From: an uncultured delta proteobacterium
Lineage (GTDB): Bacteria; Myxococcota_A; Polyangia; DRWM01; JAAZOP01
Assembly: GCA_947085355.1 (NCBI GenBank)
Contig: CAMTWF010000046.1
Location: forward strand, 1 to 55,365
DNA: 55,365 bases
Reading direction: 5' to 3'
Below, piece by piece: positions 1 through 9,042 of this stretch. Both the position numbers and the translations under genes were made by a program. The notes under the pieces are model-generated. The model saw only the letters and a program-made list of their open reading frames with translations. It was not told the DNA's origin and did no database searches. Each line of letters begins with the position of its first letter. The stretch's first letter is position 1.

Positions 1-228
1 GCCCGGTGCGTCGATGAGCCGTCCGTGTGCGTCGATGAGCCCGCCCCGTGCGTCGATAAGCCCGCCCCGTGCGTCGATGAGCCCGCCCCGTGCGTCGATG
101 AGCCCGCCCGGTGCGTCGATGAGCCGTCCGTGTGCGTCGATGAGCCGGCCCCGTGCGTCGATAAGCCGGCCCGGTGTATCGATGAGCCCGCCGTGTCGGT
201 CGAAGTGCTTGCCGTGCGCGTCGATCAT
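1..228 (-). CDS. Partial ORF for a heptapeptide-repeat protein, (L-I-D-A-x-G-x)n, running off the left edge
   Basis: A minus-strand ATG at 228-226 lies 20 nt downstream of the rtcB stop. The frame reads M IDAHGKH FDRHGGL IDTPGRL IDARGRL IDAHGRL IDAPGGL IDARGGL... with no stop before position 1. The gatgag/gataag unit variants are synonymous (CTC/CTT Leu) only in this frame. No clear SD. Confidence 0.35.
   Translation of the reverse strand, partial: MIDAHGKHFDRHGGLIDTPGRLIDARGRLIDAHGRLIDAPGGLIDARGGLIDARGGLIDARGGLIDAHGRLIDAPG
6..228. repeat. 21-bp tandem repeat, about 10.6 degenerate copies, consensus gtgcgtcgatgagcccgcccc; the array continues beyond the window edge
   Basis: Direct reading shows units at 6-26, 27-47, 48-68 ... 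195-215, plus a partial unit 216-228. The first 15 nt of each unit are conserved and the last 6 are variable. Confidence 0.95.
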
Positions 229-248
229 GCATGCGAATCCGACGTCGC

Positions 249-1766
249 CTACCCCTTCATCACGGCCATCGGTTCGAGGCGCGCGACCTTGGCGGAGAGG
301 CCGGCGCCGTGGACCACTTCGACGACTTCCGAGACGTCCTTGTACGCCTCGGGCATCTCCTCGACCAGCGTCCTTCGGGACGCCGCGCGCAGGATGATGC
401 CGCGGGTGCGGAGTTCCTCGGCCACGTTCCGGGCCTTGGCCCGCTTCGCGGCCTGCCCGCGCGACAGCAGCCGCCCCGCGCCGTGGCAGGTCGATCCGAA
501 CGACTCCTCCATCGCTCCGCGCAGGCCGACCAGCACGTAGCTCGCCCGGCCCATGTCGCCCGGAATCAGCACCGGCTGGCCGACCGCCCTGTACGCGGCC
601 GGCACGTCGGGATGCCCAGCCGGGAACGCGCGTGTTGCGCCCTTGCGGTGCACGCAGAGGCGGCGCGAGACGCCGCCGACCATGTGCTCCTCCCACTTGG
701 CGATGTTGTGGGCCACGTCGTAGATCGTCCGGGGCACGCCCGCCTCGCCCTCGGCGGCGAAGAAGCCGCGGAACACGTCGCGCACGCGGTGGGCAATGAT
801 CTGCCGGTTGGCGAACGCGAAGTTGGCCGCGCAGGCCATCGCGGCGAGGTAGCCATCGGCTTCGGGCGTCCCGAGCGGCGCGCAGGCGAGCTGCCTGTCC
901 GGGAGACTGATGCCGTGCTTCGGGGCCGCCTTGGCCATCATCTTGAGGGCGTCGTCGCAGACCTGGTGTCCCAGGCCGCGCGACCCCGTATGGATCGTCA
1001 CGACCAGCCGCCCTTCGGCCAACCCGAACGCCTCGGCCGCCTCGTGGTTGAAGATCCCGGTCACGCGCCCGATCTCGACGAAGTGGTTGCCCGAGCCGAG
1101 CGTGCCGAGTTGGGGCGAGCCGCGCGAGCGGGCCTTCTCCGACACGGCGGCGGGATCCGCGCCGGGCAGGCGCCCGCCGCTCTCGATGCGTTCGATGTCC
1201 TCCGCCGTCCCCAGGCCCCGCTCGACCGCCCACCTCGCGCCGTCGCGCAGGCACCGCGCCAGGTCGTCGCCGCCCACGCGGAGATCGTCGCTGCTCGAGC
1301 CGACCCCGGAGGGGATCGCCTGGAACACGGCGTCGAGAAGCCTCCCGAGCACCGGACGCGCGCGTTCCGCCTCCAGACCGGTGACGAGCAGCCGGACGCC
1401 GCAGTTGATGTCGTAGCCGACGCCGCCCGGCGACACGACGCCGCCGCGGTCCGGATCGAACGCCGCGACGCCGCCGATCGCGAATCCGTAGCCGAAGTGG
1501 ATGTCCGGCATCGCCAACGACCGGCCGACCAGGCCCGGCAGGTGCGCGACGTTGGCGACCTGCTCGATCGCGCTCCCCTGCCCTCCCTCGCTCCCTTCCA
1601 GCAGCGCCTTCGTGGCGTAGATGAGCCCCTCGGCCCGCATCCCGCCCTGCTTCGGGATCAGCCACCTGAACTCGTCCAGTTTCTCCACCTTCGGTCCGGT
1701 CTTCGACATCGCACTCCTGGCGAGCCTCGTGCCCCTGTCCGTGCCCGTGCCCGTGCCCGTGGACAT
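249..1766 (-). CDS. rtcB: RNA 3'-phosphate/5'-OH ligase RtcB
   Basis: 505-aa ORF with RtcB signature blocks GVGYDINCGVR, GSGNHFVEIG, HTGSRGLGHQV, HNIAKWEEH, IPGDMG, STCHGAGR. An archease domain is encoded immediately upstream. An alternative start (MSKTGP, ATG at 1709, AGGAG 4 nt upstream) would skip the (GTGCCC)n-encoded TGTGTG N-terminus. Confidence 0.93.
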   Translation of the reverse strand: MSTGTGTGTDRGTRLARSAMSKTGPKVEKLDEFRWLIPKQGGMRAEGLIYATKALLEGSEGGQGSAIEQVANVAHLPGLVGRSLAMPDIHFGYGFAIGGVAAFDPDRGGVVSPGGVGYDINCGVRLLVTGLEAERARPVLGRLLDAVFQAIPSGVGSSSDDLRVGGDDLARCLRDGARWAVERGLGTAEDIERIESGGRLPGADPAAVSEKARSRGSPQLGTLGSGNHFVEIGRVTGIFNHEAAEAFGLAEGRLVVTIHTGSRGLGHQVCDDALKMMAKAAPKHGISLPDRQLACAPLGTPEADGYLAAMACAANFAFANRQIIAHRVRDVFRGFFAAEGEAGVPRTIYDVAHNIAKWEEHMVGGVSRRLCVHRKGATRAFPAGHPDVPAAYRAVGQPVLIPGDMGRASYVLVGLRGAMEESFGSTCHGAGRLLSRGQAAKRAKARNVAEELRTRGIILRAASRRTLVEEMPEAYKDVSEVVEVVHGAGLSAKVARLEPMAVMKG

Positions 1767-1767
1767 T

Positions 1768-2712
1768 CTACATATCGATCACAAGCCGAATCCGCCAGCC
1801 CCCCCTCGCCCTCCCGTCCGCCGCCCGGCGGATCCGGCTCACCCGCAGGCCGTGACGGGTCACCATCTTCGGGCAGCGTTCGACCGGCAGGTCCCTGCCG
1901 CGAATCGTCTCGCCGAACGCCGCCACCCGCAACTCGCCGGCCGCCTCGACGGCCGCGACGCGCGCCGGCAGCAGGCCGTCGGCGTCCAGCCAAAGCACGA
2001 TCTCGTTGAGCAGATCGGCGACGGCGTCCCCCACGTCGCGCGGACCGGACACCACAGCGGCCCACTCGCGCCGCTCGCGCTCGCGCAGCACGTCGCGGGG
2101 AACGATCGCCCCCACGAACAGGTGCGCCGCCTGCACCGCCAGATCCGCCGGGTCGTCTCCCTCGGCCAGCAGACCCAGATCGCCGCCGTGGTCGACGAGT
2201 CGCCCGCGCACGCCCCGCGGCAGCGTCCACGGCCCGTCAAGCAGCGGCGCGTCGGCGCACGCCGCGAGCAGATCGGCGATCGAACGGCCGTCGACCGGAT
2301 GGCGCAGGCCGGGATCCAGATCCGCCAGCGGCCCCAGCACGAAACGGCGTTCGGACATCCGAGGGTGAGGAACCCCCAGGCCGGGTTCGTGGACCGCCGA
2401 GTCGCCGTACAGCAGGATGTCGATGTCGATCTCCCTCGGGCCCCAGCGGGCGGCGCATGCGGAGCGCCCGATCCCGCGTTCCACGCCGGACGTCGCTTCG
2501 AGGAGCGCCCGCGGCGGGAGGCCCGTCTCGATCTCGACGGCCGAGTTCACGTACGGCGGCTGATCGGGCGGGCCGTGGGGCGCCGAGAGATATCCCGGGG
2601 CGAGGCGCATGACGCGGATGCCCGGAACGCGGTCGAGGGCCGCGGCGGCACGGGCGATCGCCACGTCCGGTTCGCCCAGATTGGCGCCGATGCCGAGGTA
2701 CGCCTTCACCAT
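1768..2712 (-). CDS. folK: Fusion protein: 6-hydroxymethyl-7,8-dihydropterin pyrophosphokinase (HPPK/FolK) N-terminal domain plus archease C-terminal domain
   Basis: Residues 1-165 match HPPK (AYLGIGANLG, PDQPPYVNSAVEIET, RWGPREIDIDILLY, VPHPRMSERRFVLGPL). Residues ~170-314 match archease (VDHGGDLGLLAEGDDPADLAVQAA, DLLNEIVLWLD, KMVTRHGLRV, C-terminal WRIRLVIDM). The frame is continuous with no stop. The TAG at 1768-1770 is 1 nt from the rtcB ATG. Confidence 0.8.
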   Translation of the reverse strand: MVKAYLGIGANLGEPDVAIARAAAALDRVPGIRVMRLAPGYLSAPHGPPDQPPYVNSAVEIETGLPPRALLEATSGVERGIGRSACAARWGPREIDIDILLYGDSAVHEPGLGVPHPRMSERRFVLGPLADLDPGLRHPVDGRSIADLLAACADAPLLDGPWTLPRGVRGRLVDHGGDLGLLAEGDDPADLAVQAAHLFVGAIVPRDVLRERERREWAAVVSGPRDVGDAVADLLNEIVLWLDADGLLPARVAAVEAAGELRVAAFGETIRGRDLPVERCPKMVTRHGLRVSRIRRAADGRARGGWRIRLVIDM

Positions 2713-2745
2713 TGGTCCAGGTCCAGGTCCAGCCAGGGGCGCCCC

Positions 2746-3939
2746 TCAGCCTTTCAGCACTCCCAGTTCCCTGCCGATCTTGGTGAACGCCGCGATGGCG
2801 CGGTCGACGTGGTGCGTCTCGTGGGCGGCGGAGAGCTGGACGCGGATTCGGGCCTGGCCCTTCGGGACGACCGGGTGGGAGAAGCCGACGGCGTAGATCC
2901 CCTCGTCGAGGAGCCTGTCGGCGAACCTGTGGGCCAGCGGCTCGTCGTAGAGCATGATCGGCACGATCGGATGGATGCCGGGCTTGATGTCGAAGCCTGC
3001 CGCCTTCATCCCGTCGCGGAACCGCTTCGTGTTCGATTCCAGCCTGTCGCGCAGCTCCGTCGTTTCCGACAGGAGGTCGAAGACGGCGATCGTGGCGTAG
3101 ACGACGGACGACGACACCGTGTTGGAGAAGAGGTAGGGCCGCGAACGCTGCCGGAGCAGCTCGACGATCTCGGCGCGGCCGGAGGTGAAGCCGCCGGATG
3201 CGCCGCCGAGCGCCTTGCCGAACGTGCCGGTGATGATGTCGATCTTGCCCATGACGCCGCAGTGCTCGTGGCTCCCGCGGCCGGTCTTGCCGAGGAAGCC
3301 GGTGGCGTGGGCGTCATCGACCTGCACCAGGGCGTCGTACTTCTCGGCGAGCGCGACGATCTCGTCAAGCTTCGCGACGTCGCCGTCCATGGAGAAGGCG
3401 CCGTCGCTGGAGATCAGCCGGTACTTCGCCCCCTTCGCCTCGACGAGCTTGGCTTCGAGATCGGCCATGTCGGAATGGTTGTAGATGAAGCGGGTGGCCT
3501 TGCAGAGGCGGATGCCGTCGATGATGGAAGCGTGGTTGAGCTGGTCGGTCAGGACGGCGCAGTCCTTGCCGAGCAACGGTTCGAAGACGCCGCCGTTGGC
3601 GTCGAAGCAGGCGGCGTACAGGATCGTGTCCTCGGTGCCGAGGAACGCGGAGACCTTGCGTTCGAGCGTCTTGTGTATCTCCTGGGTGCCGCAGATGAAC
3701 CGCACCGAACTCATGCCGTAACCCCACTTGTCGAGGCCCTCGTGGGCGGCGGCGATCACCTTGGGGTGGCTCGACAGGCCGAGGTAGTTGTTGGCGCAGA
3801 AGTTGAGGACCTTCCTGCCGCCCTGGACGCCGATCTCCACCCCTTGCGGCCCGGTGATGATCCGCTCGGACTTGTACAGCCCGGCCTCGCGAATGCCGGC
3901 CAGCTCGACCTTCAGATCGTCCTTCAATCGACCGTACAC
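2746..3939 (-). CDS. kbl: 2-amino-3-ketobutyrate CoA ligase (glycine C-acetyltransferase)
   Basis: Collinear with E. coli Kbl from [24 protein letters not shown] to [10 protein letters not shown], with the PLP-lysine block [17 protein letters not shown] start at 3939 lies 5 nt after GGAAAGGAGG. It is the 3' third of the 966-aa track ORF 2746..5646. Confidence 0.92.
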   Translation of the reverse strand: MYGRLKDDLKVELAGIREAGLYKSERIITGPQGVEIGVQGGRKVLNFCANNYLGLSSHPKVIAAAHEGLDKWGYGMSSVRFICGTQEIHKTLERKVSAFLGTEDTILYAACFDANGGVFEPLLGKDCAVLTDQLNHASIIDGIRLCKATRFIYNHSDMADLEAKLVEAKGAKYRLISSDGAFSMDGDVAKLDEIVALAEKYDALVQVDDAHATGFLGKTGRGSHEHCGVMGKIDIITGTFGKALGGASGGFTSGRAEIVELLRQRSRPYLFSNTVSSSVVYATIAVFDLLSETTELRDRLESNTKRFRDGMKAAGFDIKPGIHPIVPIMLYDEPLAHRFADRLLDEGIYAVGFSHPVVPKGQARIRVQLSAAHETHHVDRAIAAFTKIGRELGVLKG

Positions 3940-5045
3940 GACGGCCTCCTTTCCCTCGCCGCCCGCAGCTCGTCGTCCGACGGGAACAGCACGATCTTCG
4001 CCGACGATCGCGGGCGCTTCATGACCGCATCGAACCCGCGCGCCCAATGCTCCAGCGGCAGCAGGCCGGTGATGACCGGCGAGACGTCCAGCCGGCCGGA
4101 GGCGAGCAGGTTGCGTATGCGGTACCACGTGTCGAACATGCGCCTGCCGCTGATGCCGTGGATCTCGGCGCCCTTGAGCACCACGCCGTCGACGTAGTCG
4201 ATCGGCAGGTCGCCGGCCGACGCCAGCCCGAAGGCCGAGAAGCGGCCGCCCTTGCGGAGCATCCGCAGACCGTCCGCGATCGCCTCGGGCGAGCCGACCA
4301 TGTCGAGCGAGATGTCCGCGCCGACGCCGTCGGTGCGCTCGCGCACGTACCCCGCCCGGTCGGCGTCCCGATGGATGTGCAGCACGTGATCGGCGCCCAT
4401 TCGCCGGGCGATGGCGAGGTTGAAGTCGTTCTCGCCGACCACGAAGATCGACGTGACGCCGCAGGCGCGGGCCACGCCGACGGCGAACAGGGCGACCGGC
4501 CCGTCGCCGACGATCGCCATCGTCCTGCCGGCCACGTCGCCGTCGTTGCCGAGCACGGCGTAGGCGGCGTTGCCGAGCGGCTCCTGGATCGTGGCGATTT
4601 CGGGCGGTATCGTCCGGTCGTTCACCCAGCAGACCGACTCGGGGATCGCGATGTACTCGGCGAACGACCCGTCGCGGTCGACGCCCAGGATCGACAGGTC
4701 CGCGCAGAGGTGCCGGTCGCCCGTGCGGCACGGCAGGCACCGGCCGCACGGTATGTGCGTCTCGGCCGAGACGTAGTCGCCGGGCTTCACCGCGCGGACG
4801 CCCGCGGCGGCCTCGACGACCTCGCCGGCGACCTCGTGCCCGAGCACCTGCGGGAGGCGCGCGGCTCCGATCCTGGTTTGCGACCACCGGTCCCAGGCGT
4901 AGATGTGGACGTCGGTGCCGCAGATCGACGCGGCCCGGACCTTGACGAGCACCTCGCCGGGACCGGGCCGCGGGATCGGCACGTCCCGCAGCGACGCCCC
5001 CACCCCGGGCTCGACCTTCACTACCGCCTTCATCGTACCGGACAC
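3924..5045 (-). CDS. tdh: L-threonine 3-dehydrogenase (Zn-dependent MDR family)
   Basis: 373-aa ORF with GHEVAGEV and the structural Zn cluster [15 protein letters not shown]. It shows the classical tdh-kbl pairing and overlaps kbl by 16 nt. Confidence 0.92.
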   Translation of the reverse strand: MSGTMKAVVKVEPGVGASLRDVPIPRPGPGEVLVKVRAASICGTDVHIYAWDRWSQTRIGAARLPQVLGHEVAGEVVEAAAGVRAVKPGDYVSAETHIPCGRCLPCRTGDRHLCADLSILGVDRDGSFAEYIAIPESVCWVNDRTIPPEIATIQEPLGNAAYAVLGNDGDVAGRTMAIVGDGPVALFAVGVARACGVTSIFVVGENDFNLAIARRMGADHVLHIHRDADRAGYVRERTDGVGADISLDMVGSPEAIADGLRMLRKGGRFSAFGLASAGDLPIDYVDGVVLKGAEIHGISGRRMFDTWYRIRNLLASGRLDVSPVITGLLPLEHWARGFDAVMKRPRSSAKIVLFPSDDELRAARERRPSCTVD

Positions 5046-5111
5046 GGGGTCGCTCTCCTCGTCCCCCCGCCGGGACTTCGCGCCGGGCGGCGAGCCGCGG
5101 CCGTGCCGGCT

Positions 5112-6581
5112 TCAGAACATCGCCGTCAGGCCGGCGAACACGTCGAAGATCGTCGTCTCCTGCACGCGGAAGCGGTTGCCCGGGGCGTCGATCACCTCGC
5201 GCGTCATCGGGTTGTACGCATCGCCGCCGATCTGGCAGTCCTGCGGCCCGTTCATCTCGCCCGCGTTGCACTCGTCCGTGAACGTGACCGAGTGCTCCGT
5301 GTCGTGCCCGAAGCCGAGGCCGGCGTAGAACTTGATGTACTTGGCGGCCTGGATCAGCAGCGTCAGCCGACCCATGACCGAGGCGTAGTTCTCGACGTCG
5401 GTCATGCCGCTGAAACGGTACAACGGGTCTCCGCCGTAGCGTTCGCTCCAGCACACGCTTCCGGGATCGGATGTGCACGGCCCGAAGCGGCCGTCGGGCC
5501 GCGGCGCGCGCTCGTAGTGCAGCCTGGGATCCTCCGACGTCCCCAGCGCGTCGAACAGTTCGCTGAACACGCGGCCTTCGCTGTGGTAGGTCCCGGCGAT
5601 CTCGAGGCCGATCGAGAACTTCTGCATCCGCTCGATGTTCTCCCACGGGACGATCTCCATCCCGAACAGGAACGACCCCTGGAGCGGCGGCATCGTGTTG
5701 ATCTGGCCGGAGACCGGCGCGTCGAAATGGTACGGCGCGCTGTAGTCAGGAATGCCGGCCATGAAGGTGATGCCGCTGTAGGGCTCGATCCACCGGTAGC
5801 GCTTCGACAGGAACATGCCGAACCGGATCTCGTTGAGGCGCCTGCTGATGCCCCCCTCCCCACCGGATTTGGCCGCCTTGAGCACGTCGCCGACGGCGAA
5901 ACGCCCCTCGAAGTTGAGCACCCAGTTCGGGTCCGTCGGATCGCGCTGCTGGTTGAACGGCGCCCACGAGATGCCGACGGCGAAATAGTCGAGCCCGCTC
6001 CGCTCCGGCGACTCGAACGGGATGGTGAAGAGATTATCGACCATCTCGCCGACGGCGGCGCGGTACGCGTCGCTCGGGCTGTCCTCGAGGTAGCCGAGCG
6101 ACCTGGTGTCCGAGAGGATCAGGGGCCAGCGCGTGTAGAAGTGGAGGTCGCGGAAAAGGCCGACCGCCAGGAGCAGATCCAGGATGTAGGTCTCCTGGGT
6201 GTAGCGCCCGATGTCCACGGTGTCGATGAACTCGGAGAACGCGCCGTCGTCGCGCGCCCCAGCCCGGTCGCACCGGTCCGGCTCGCGGCACTCGCGCACG
6301 ATCTTGGAGCGCCGCAGCGTCCTCTGGAAACCGACGGACAGGTTGATGTCGAACGGATCGTCGCCGTCGAACGAGTCGATGACGTCCACGATCTCCGCCC
6401 CGGTCGTGAAGTGCACGAAATCCCAGACGGCCCGCTGGGCGGCGCCGGCGGGCGCCGCCCCGACGACCCCCCCCCGCTCGTCGGCTTCCCGCCGGGACGA
6501 GCGGTCCTGACCCTGCGCCCGCGCGGGTGAAGCGGCGACGGCCAAGCCGCACGCGAACGCAAGCCCTGCGGTCTTTCTCAT
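5112..6581 (-). CDS. Putative outer-membrane beta-barrel protein (hypothetical)
   Basis: Signal peptide [24 protein letters not shown], alternating-hydrophobic strands, and the C-terminal signature FAGLTAMF ending in Phe. I recognise no family. Confidence 0.55.
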   Translation of the reverse strand: MRKTAGLAFACGLAVAASPARAQGQDRSSRREADERGGVVGAAPAGAAQRAVWDFVHFTTGAEIVDVIDSFDGDDPFDINLSVGFQRTLRRSKIVRECREPDRCDRAGARDDGAFSEFIDTVDIGRYTQETYILDLLLAVGLFRDLHFYTRWPLILSDTRSLGYLEDSPSDAYRAAVGEMVDNLFTIPFESPERSGLDYFAVGISWAPFNQQRDPTDPNWVLNFEGRFAVGDVLKAAKSGGEGGISRRLNEIRFGMFLSKRYRWIEPYSGITFMAGIPDYSAPYHFDAPVSGQINTMPPLQGSFLFGMEIVPWENIERMQKFSIGLEIAGTYHSEGRVFSELFDALGTSEDPRLHYERAPRPDGRFGPCTSDPGSVCWSERYGGDPLYRFSGMTDVENYASVMGRLTLLIQAAKYIKFYAGLGFGHDTEHSVTFTDECNAGEMNGPQDCQIGGDAYNPMTREVIDAPGNRFRVQETTIFDVFAGLTAMF

Positions 6582-6650
6582 CCCCTTTCTCCTCCCTCGG
6601 CGCTGTCGGCGAACATCGGCGGCGACCGTATCAACGCGCCGCCCGGAGTG

Positions 6651-8018
6651 TCAAGGAAGCCCGCGACCCGGAGGGCCGGTGCGGCGCGGCGGCGGGCTGG
6701 GAACGGTCGGGCTCGACCCGCCGAACACCTCCACCGCGTCGATCGGGACCTCCTCCACCATCGAGTCCCTGGCCTGTTCCAGTTCGCTGCTCGTCGAACG
6801 CAGACGGGCGGACAGGACCTGCAGGATGTTCCACAGCACCTTCCTGGCGAGGTCGCTCTCCTTGCGTATGAGCGTGAAGAACGTATTCCTGTCCAGGCGC
6901 AGGAGCGCCGTATCCTGGACGGCGGTGACCGAGGCCGATCGCGGAGCCTGGTCGATGAGCGCCATCTCTCCGAAGTGGTCGCCCGGGCCGAGCGTCGCGA
7001 GGTCGATGTCGCCGCGGTGGATGCGGACCGCGCCCGCCAGGATCAGGTAGAGGTCGCTCCCCGCGCTGCCCTGCTCGAACACCGTCGTCCCGGCCGCGAC
7101 GCGCTCGTGCCGCATGTTCACGAAGACCCGGAGCAGGTCGGAGTACGAGAGATACTTGAAGAAGGGCATGTTCTTGAGCGCATCGATCCTGAAGTTGAGA
7201 TCGCGGAACCGCTCGTGCGCGACGCCCTGGAAGTCGACGAGCCGGACGACGACCGACGTGATGTTGTCGTGGCCGCCGCGCTCGTTGGCGATTTCGATCA
7301 GCTTGGGCGGGATCTCCTTGACGTCCTCGCTCTGCATGAAAGGCGGGATCTCGGCGGCGTCGAGGTACCCGGTGAGGCCGTCGGATGCGAGGAGGAACTG
7401 GTCTCCGGGCAGCACCGGCACGACCAGCGTATCGACCTCCACCGACTCGTAGACGCCCACGGCGCGGGTGACGGCGTTCTTGAACGGCGCGTCCCGGGCC
7501 TCCTCGCGCGACAGCCGGCCGTCGCGGATGAGCGCGTTGACCAGCGTATGGTCGTCGGTGATCTGCTGCACCTCGCCCATCCGGAGCAGGTAGATGCGCG
7601 AGTCGCCGACGTGGGCGACGTAGGCGAACGCTTCGCCGAGCAGCAGGACCGAGAGCGTGGTGCCCATCCCGCGCTTGTCGTCCTCGGCTTGCGCCTTGGT
7701 CCAGATCGCGGCCGACGCCTCCTGGAAGGCGCTCTCCAGCAGCGAGCAGATCTCGCGCTGGACATCCTCCACATTCCGCGACTCCTGCCGCACCACCCTC
7801 GCCTTCTCGACGACGTCCCTGTACCGCCCAAGGTGCTCGCGCACCGTGCGAACGGCGATCGACGAGGCGACCTCGCCCGCCGCGTGGCCGCCCATGCCGT
7901 CGGCCACGGCGAACAGGCCGACGTTCCTGTCGGCGAGGAAGTTGTCCTCGTTGTGGTCCCGCACCCTGCCGACGTCCGTCGCCGCCCAGAACTGGATCTG
8001 CTCGACACCCGTTGCCAT
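6651..8018 (-). CDS. PP2C-family Ser/Thr phosphatase fused to a C-terminal cyclic-nucleotide-binding domain
   Basis: PP2C motifs RDHNEDNF, VADGMGGHAAGEVAS, ASDGLTG, GGHDNITSVVV. The C-terminal cNMP-binding block is GDHFGEMALIDQAPRSASVTA. Confidence 0.85.
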   Translation of the reverse strand: MATGVEQIQFWAATDVGRVRDHNEDNFLADRNVGLFAVADGMGGHAAGEVASSIAVRTVREHLGRYRDVVEKARVVRQESRNVEDVQREICSLLESAFQEASAAIWTKAQAEDDKRGMGTTLSVLLLGEAFAYVAHVGDSRIYLLRMGEVQQITDDHTLVNALIRDGRLSREEARDAPFKNAVTRAVGVYESVEVDTLVVPVLPGDQFLLASDGLTGYLDAAEIPPFMQSEDVKEIPPKLIEIANERGGHDNITSVVVRLVDFQGVAHERFRDLNFRIDALKNMPFFKYLSYSDLLRVFVNMRHERVAAGTTVFEQGSAGSDLYLILAGAVRIHRGDIDLATLGPGDHFGEMALIDQAPRSASVTAVQDTALLRLDRNTFFTLIRKESDLARKVLWNILQVLSARLRSTSSELEQARDSMVEEVPIDAVEVFGGSSPTVPSPPPRRTGPPGRGLP

Positions 8019-8206
8019 GTTCCTCTCCGTTCCCGCGGGTCGCGCCGTTCGTAGCGCGTCTCTCCGCGGAAGTCGAGGGGGGGGGACGGATTCGGGCTCC
8101 AGGTTGTCGGTCGTGATGAGGTCGAGTACGTTGTTCTTCGGTTGCCGGGCGCCGGGTGCGGCCGTATGGCCCGGCGTCGGCGACCGCAGCGAGGAGGCGC
8201 GAGGTC

Positions 8207-8434
8207 ATGAGTCGCGTGTTCACGGCCTACGTCGAGTTCGATCCGGAGACCAAGCTGTACGTCGGCGCCGTGCCCGGCCTGCCGGGCGCGCACAGCCAGG
8301 GTTCGTCGTTGGACGATCTCCAGAAGAACCTGACGGAGGTCGTCGAACTCATCATCGAGGACAAGCAGGCGCGAGGGGAGCCAGTCGAGGTCGAGCCGTT
8401 CGTCTGCATCCAGCAGATCGCGGTGAACGCTTGA
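8207..8434 (+). CDS. hicB: HicB-family (UPF0150) antitoxin-like protein
   Basis: 75 aa: MSRVFTAYVEFDPETKLYVGAVPGLPGAHSQGSSLDDLQKNLTEVVELIIED, typical of the HicB N-terminal fold. GAGGAGG lies 9 nt upstream of the ATG at 8207. No hicA partner was found. Confidence 0.7.
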   Translation: MSRVFTAYVEFDPETKLYVGAVPGLPGAHSQGSSLDDLQKNLTEVVELIIEDKQARGEPVEVEPFVCIQQIAVNA

Positions 8435-9042
8435 GCCGACTGCCGATCGTCGATGCCCGGCCGCGAAGATCCTTTCGTCGGGCAGCCCTTTTGGCGGTCG
8501 TCTGCGCCGCGCCTTGGTCGCCCGTCGCTCGGGCGGGCGTGTTGCGCGCCCCGGAGGAACCCCTGGTTCTGGGCCTCGGGACCGCCGCCGGGTACGCGAC
8601 GCCGGCGACCGCCGACGGCAGCGCCGAAACCGTCCACTGGACGCTCGGGGCCAGGGCGATCGCCTGGCGGTGGCTGGAGGCGGCCCTCGACGTTCGGGCC
8701 GATTTCGACATCGCGCCGCGGCCCGGATCCGGTACCGTGCGATCCTGGGGCGCCCACCTTTGGGCGATCGGCCACCTCGACCTGATGCCTCTCGTGCCCT
8801 TCGTCGGCCTCGGCGCCGGCGCGACGCTCTCGGCAGCGTGGGACGCCGCGACGCCTACGGCGGGCGTGTGCGGCGGCCTGGCCCTGTGGATCGCCTCCCG
8901 TTGGCGCATGACGCTGCGGGCGGCGCAACGGTGGGAGTTCGACGCCGCCGGGACGCTCGTGACCGAGGTAGCGTTCGCTGGCGAGTGGTTCTTCCCGGTG
9001 TGGGGCGGGCCGTCAGCCGCAGCAGACGGTGATCCAGGGTGA
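8431..9042 (+). CDS. Putative small secreted / outer-membrane beta-barrel protein
   Basis: TTG at 8431 overlaps the hicB TGA (TTGA). Signal peptide RRSFRRAALLAVVCAAPWSPVARA, Trp/Gly/Ala-rich amphipathic strands and a GEWFF motif near the C-terminus. G/C third positions are high in this frame. The start codon is uncertain. Confidence 0.35.
   Translation: MSRLPIVDARPRRSFRRAALLAVVCAAPWSPVARAGVLRAPEEPLVLGLGTAAGYATPATADGSAETVHWTLGARAIAWRWLEAALDVRADFDIAPRPGSGTVRSWGAHLWAIGHLDLMPLVPFVGLGAGATLSAAWDAATPTAGVCGGLALWIASRWRMTLRAAQRWEFDAAGTLVTEVAFAGEWFFPVWGGPSAAADGDPG

Noticed and set aside
6-228. A CRISPR array, considered for both 21-bp tandem arrays (6..228 and 55211..55336).
   Set aside because: The units are directly adjacent with no spacers, the repeat length is shorter than typical CRISPR repeats, and no cas genes are present in the window.
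3940-5646. The upstream two-thirds of the 966-aa track ORF 2746..5646.
   Set aside because: Only the last 398 codons align with Kbl, and a GTG with a strong GGAAAGGAGG RBS sits at 3939. The upstream part overlaps tdh and the outer-membrane protein gene out of frame and is Arg-rich.
8019-8206. A degraded hicA toxin gene upstream of hicB (for example VMRSSTLFFGCRAPG...).
   Set aside because: No forward frame gives the HicA GSH/dsRBD-like signature, and the resemblance is limited to two or three residues. It is recorded as absent rather than as a pseudogene.
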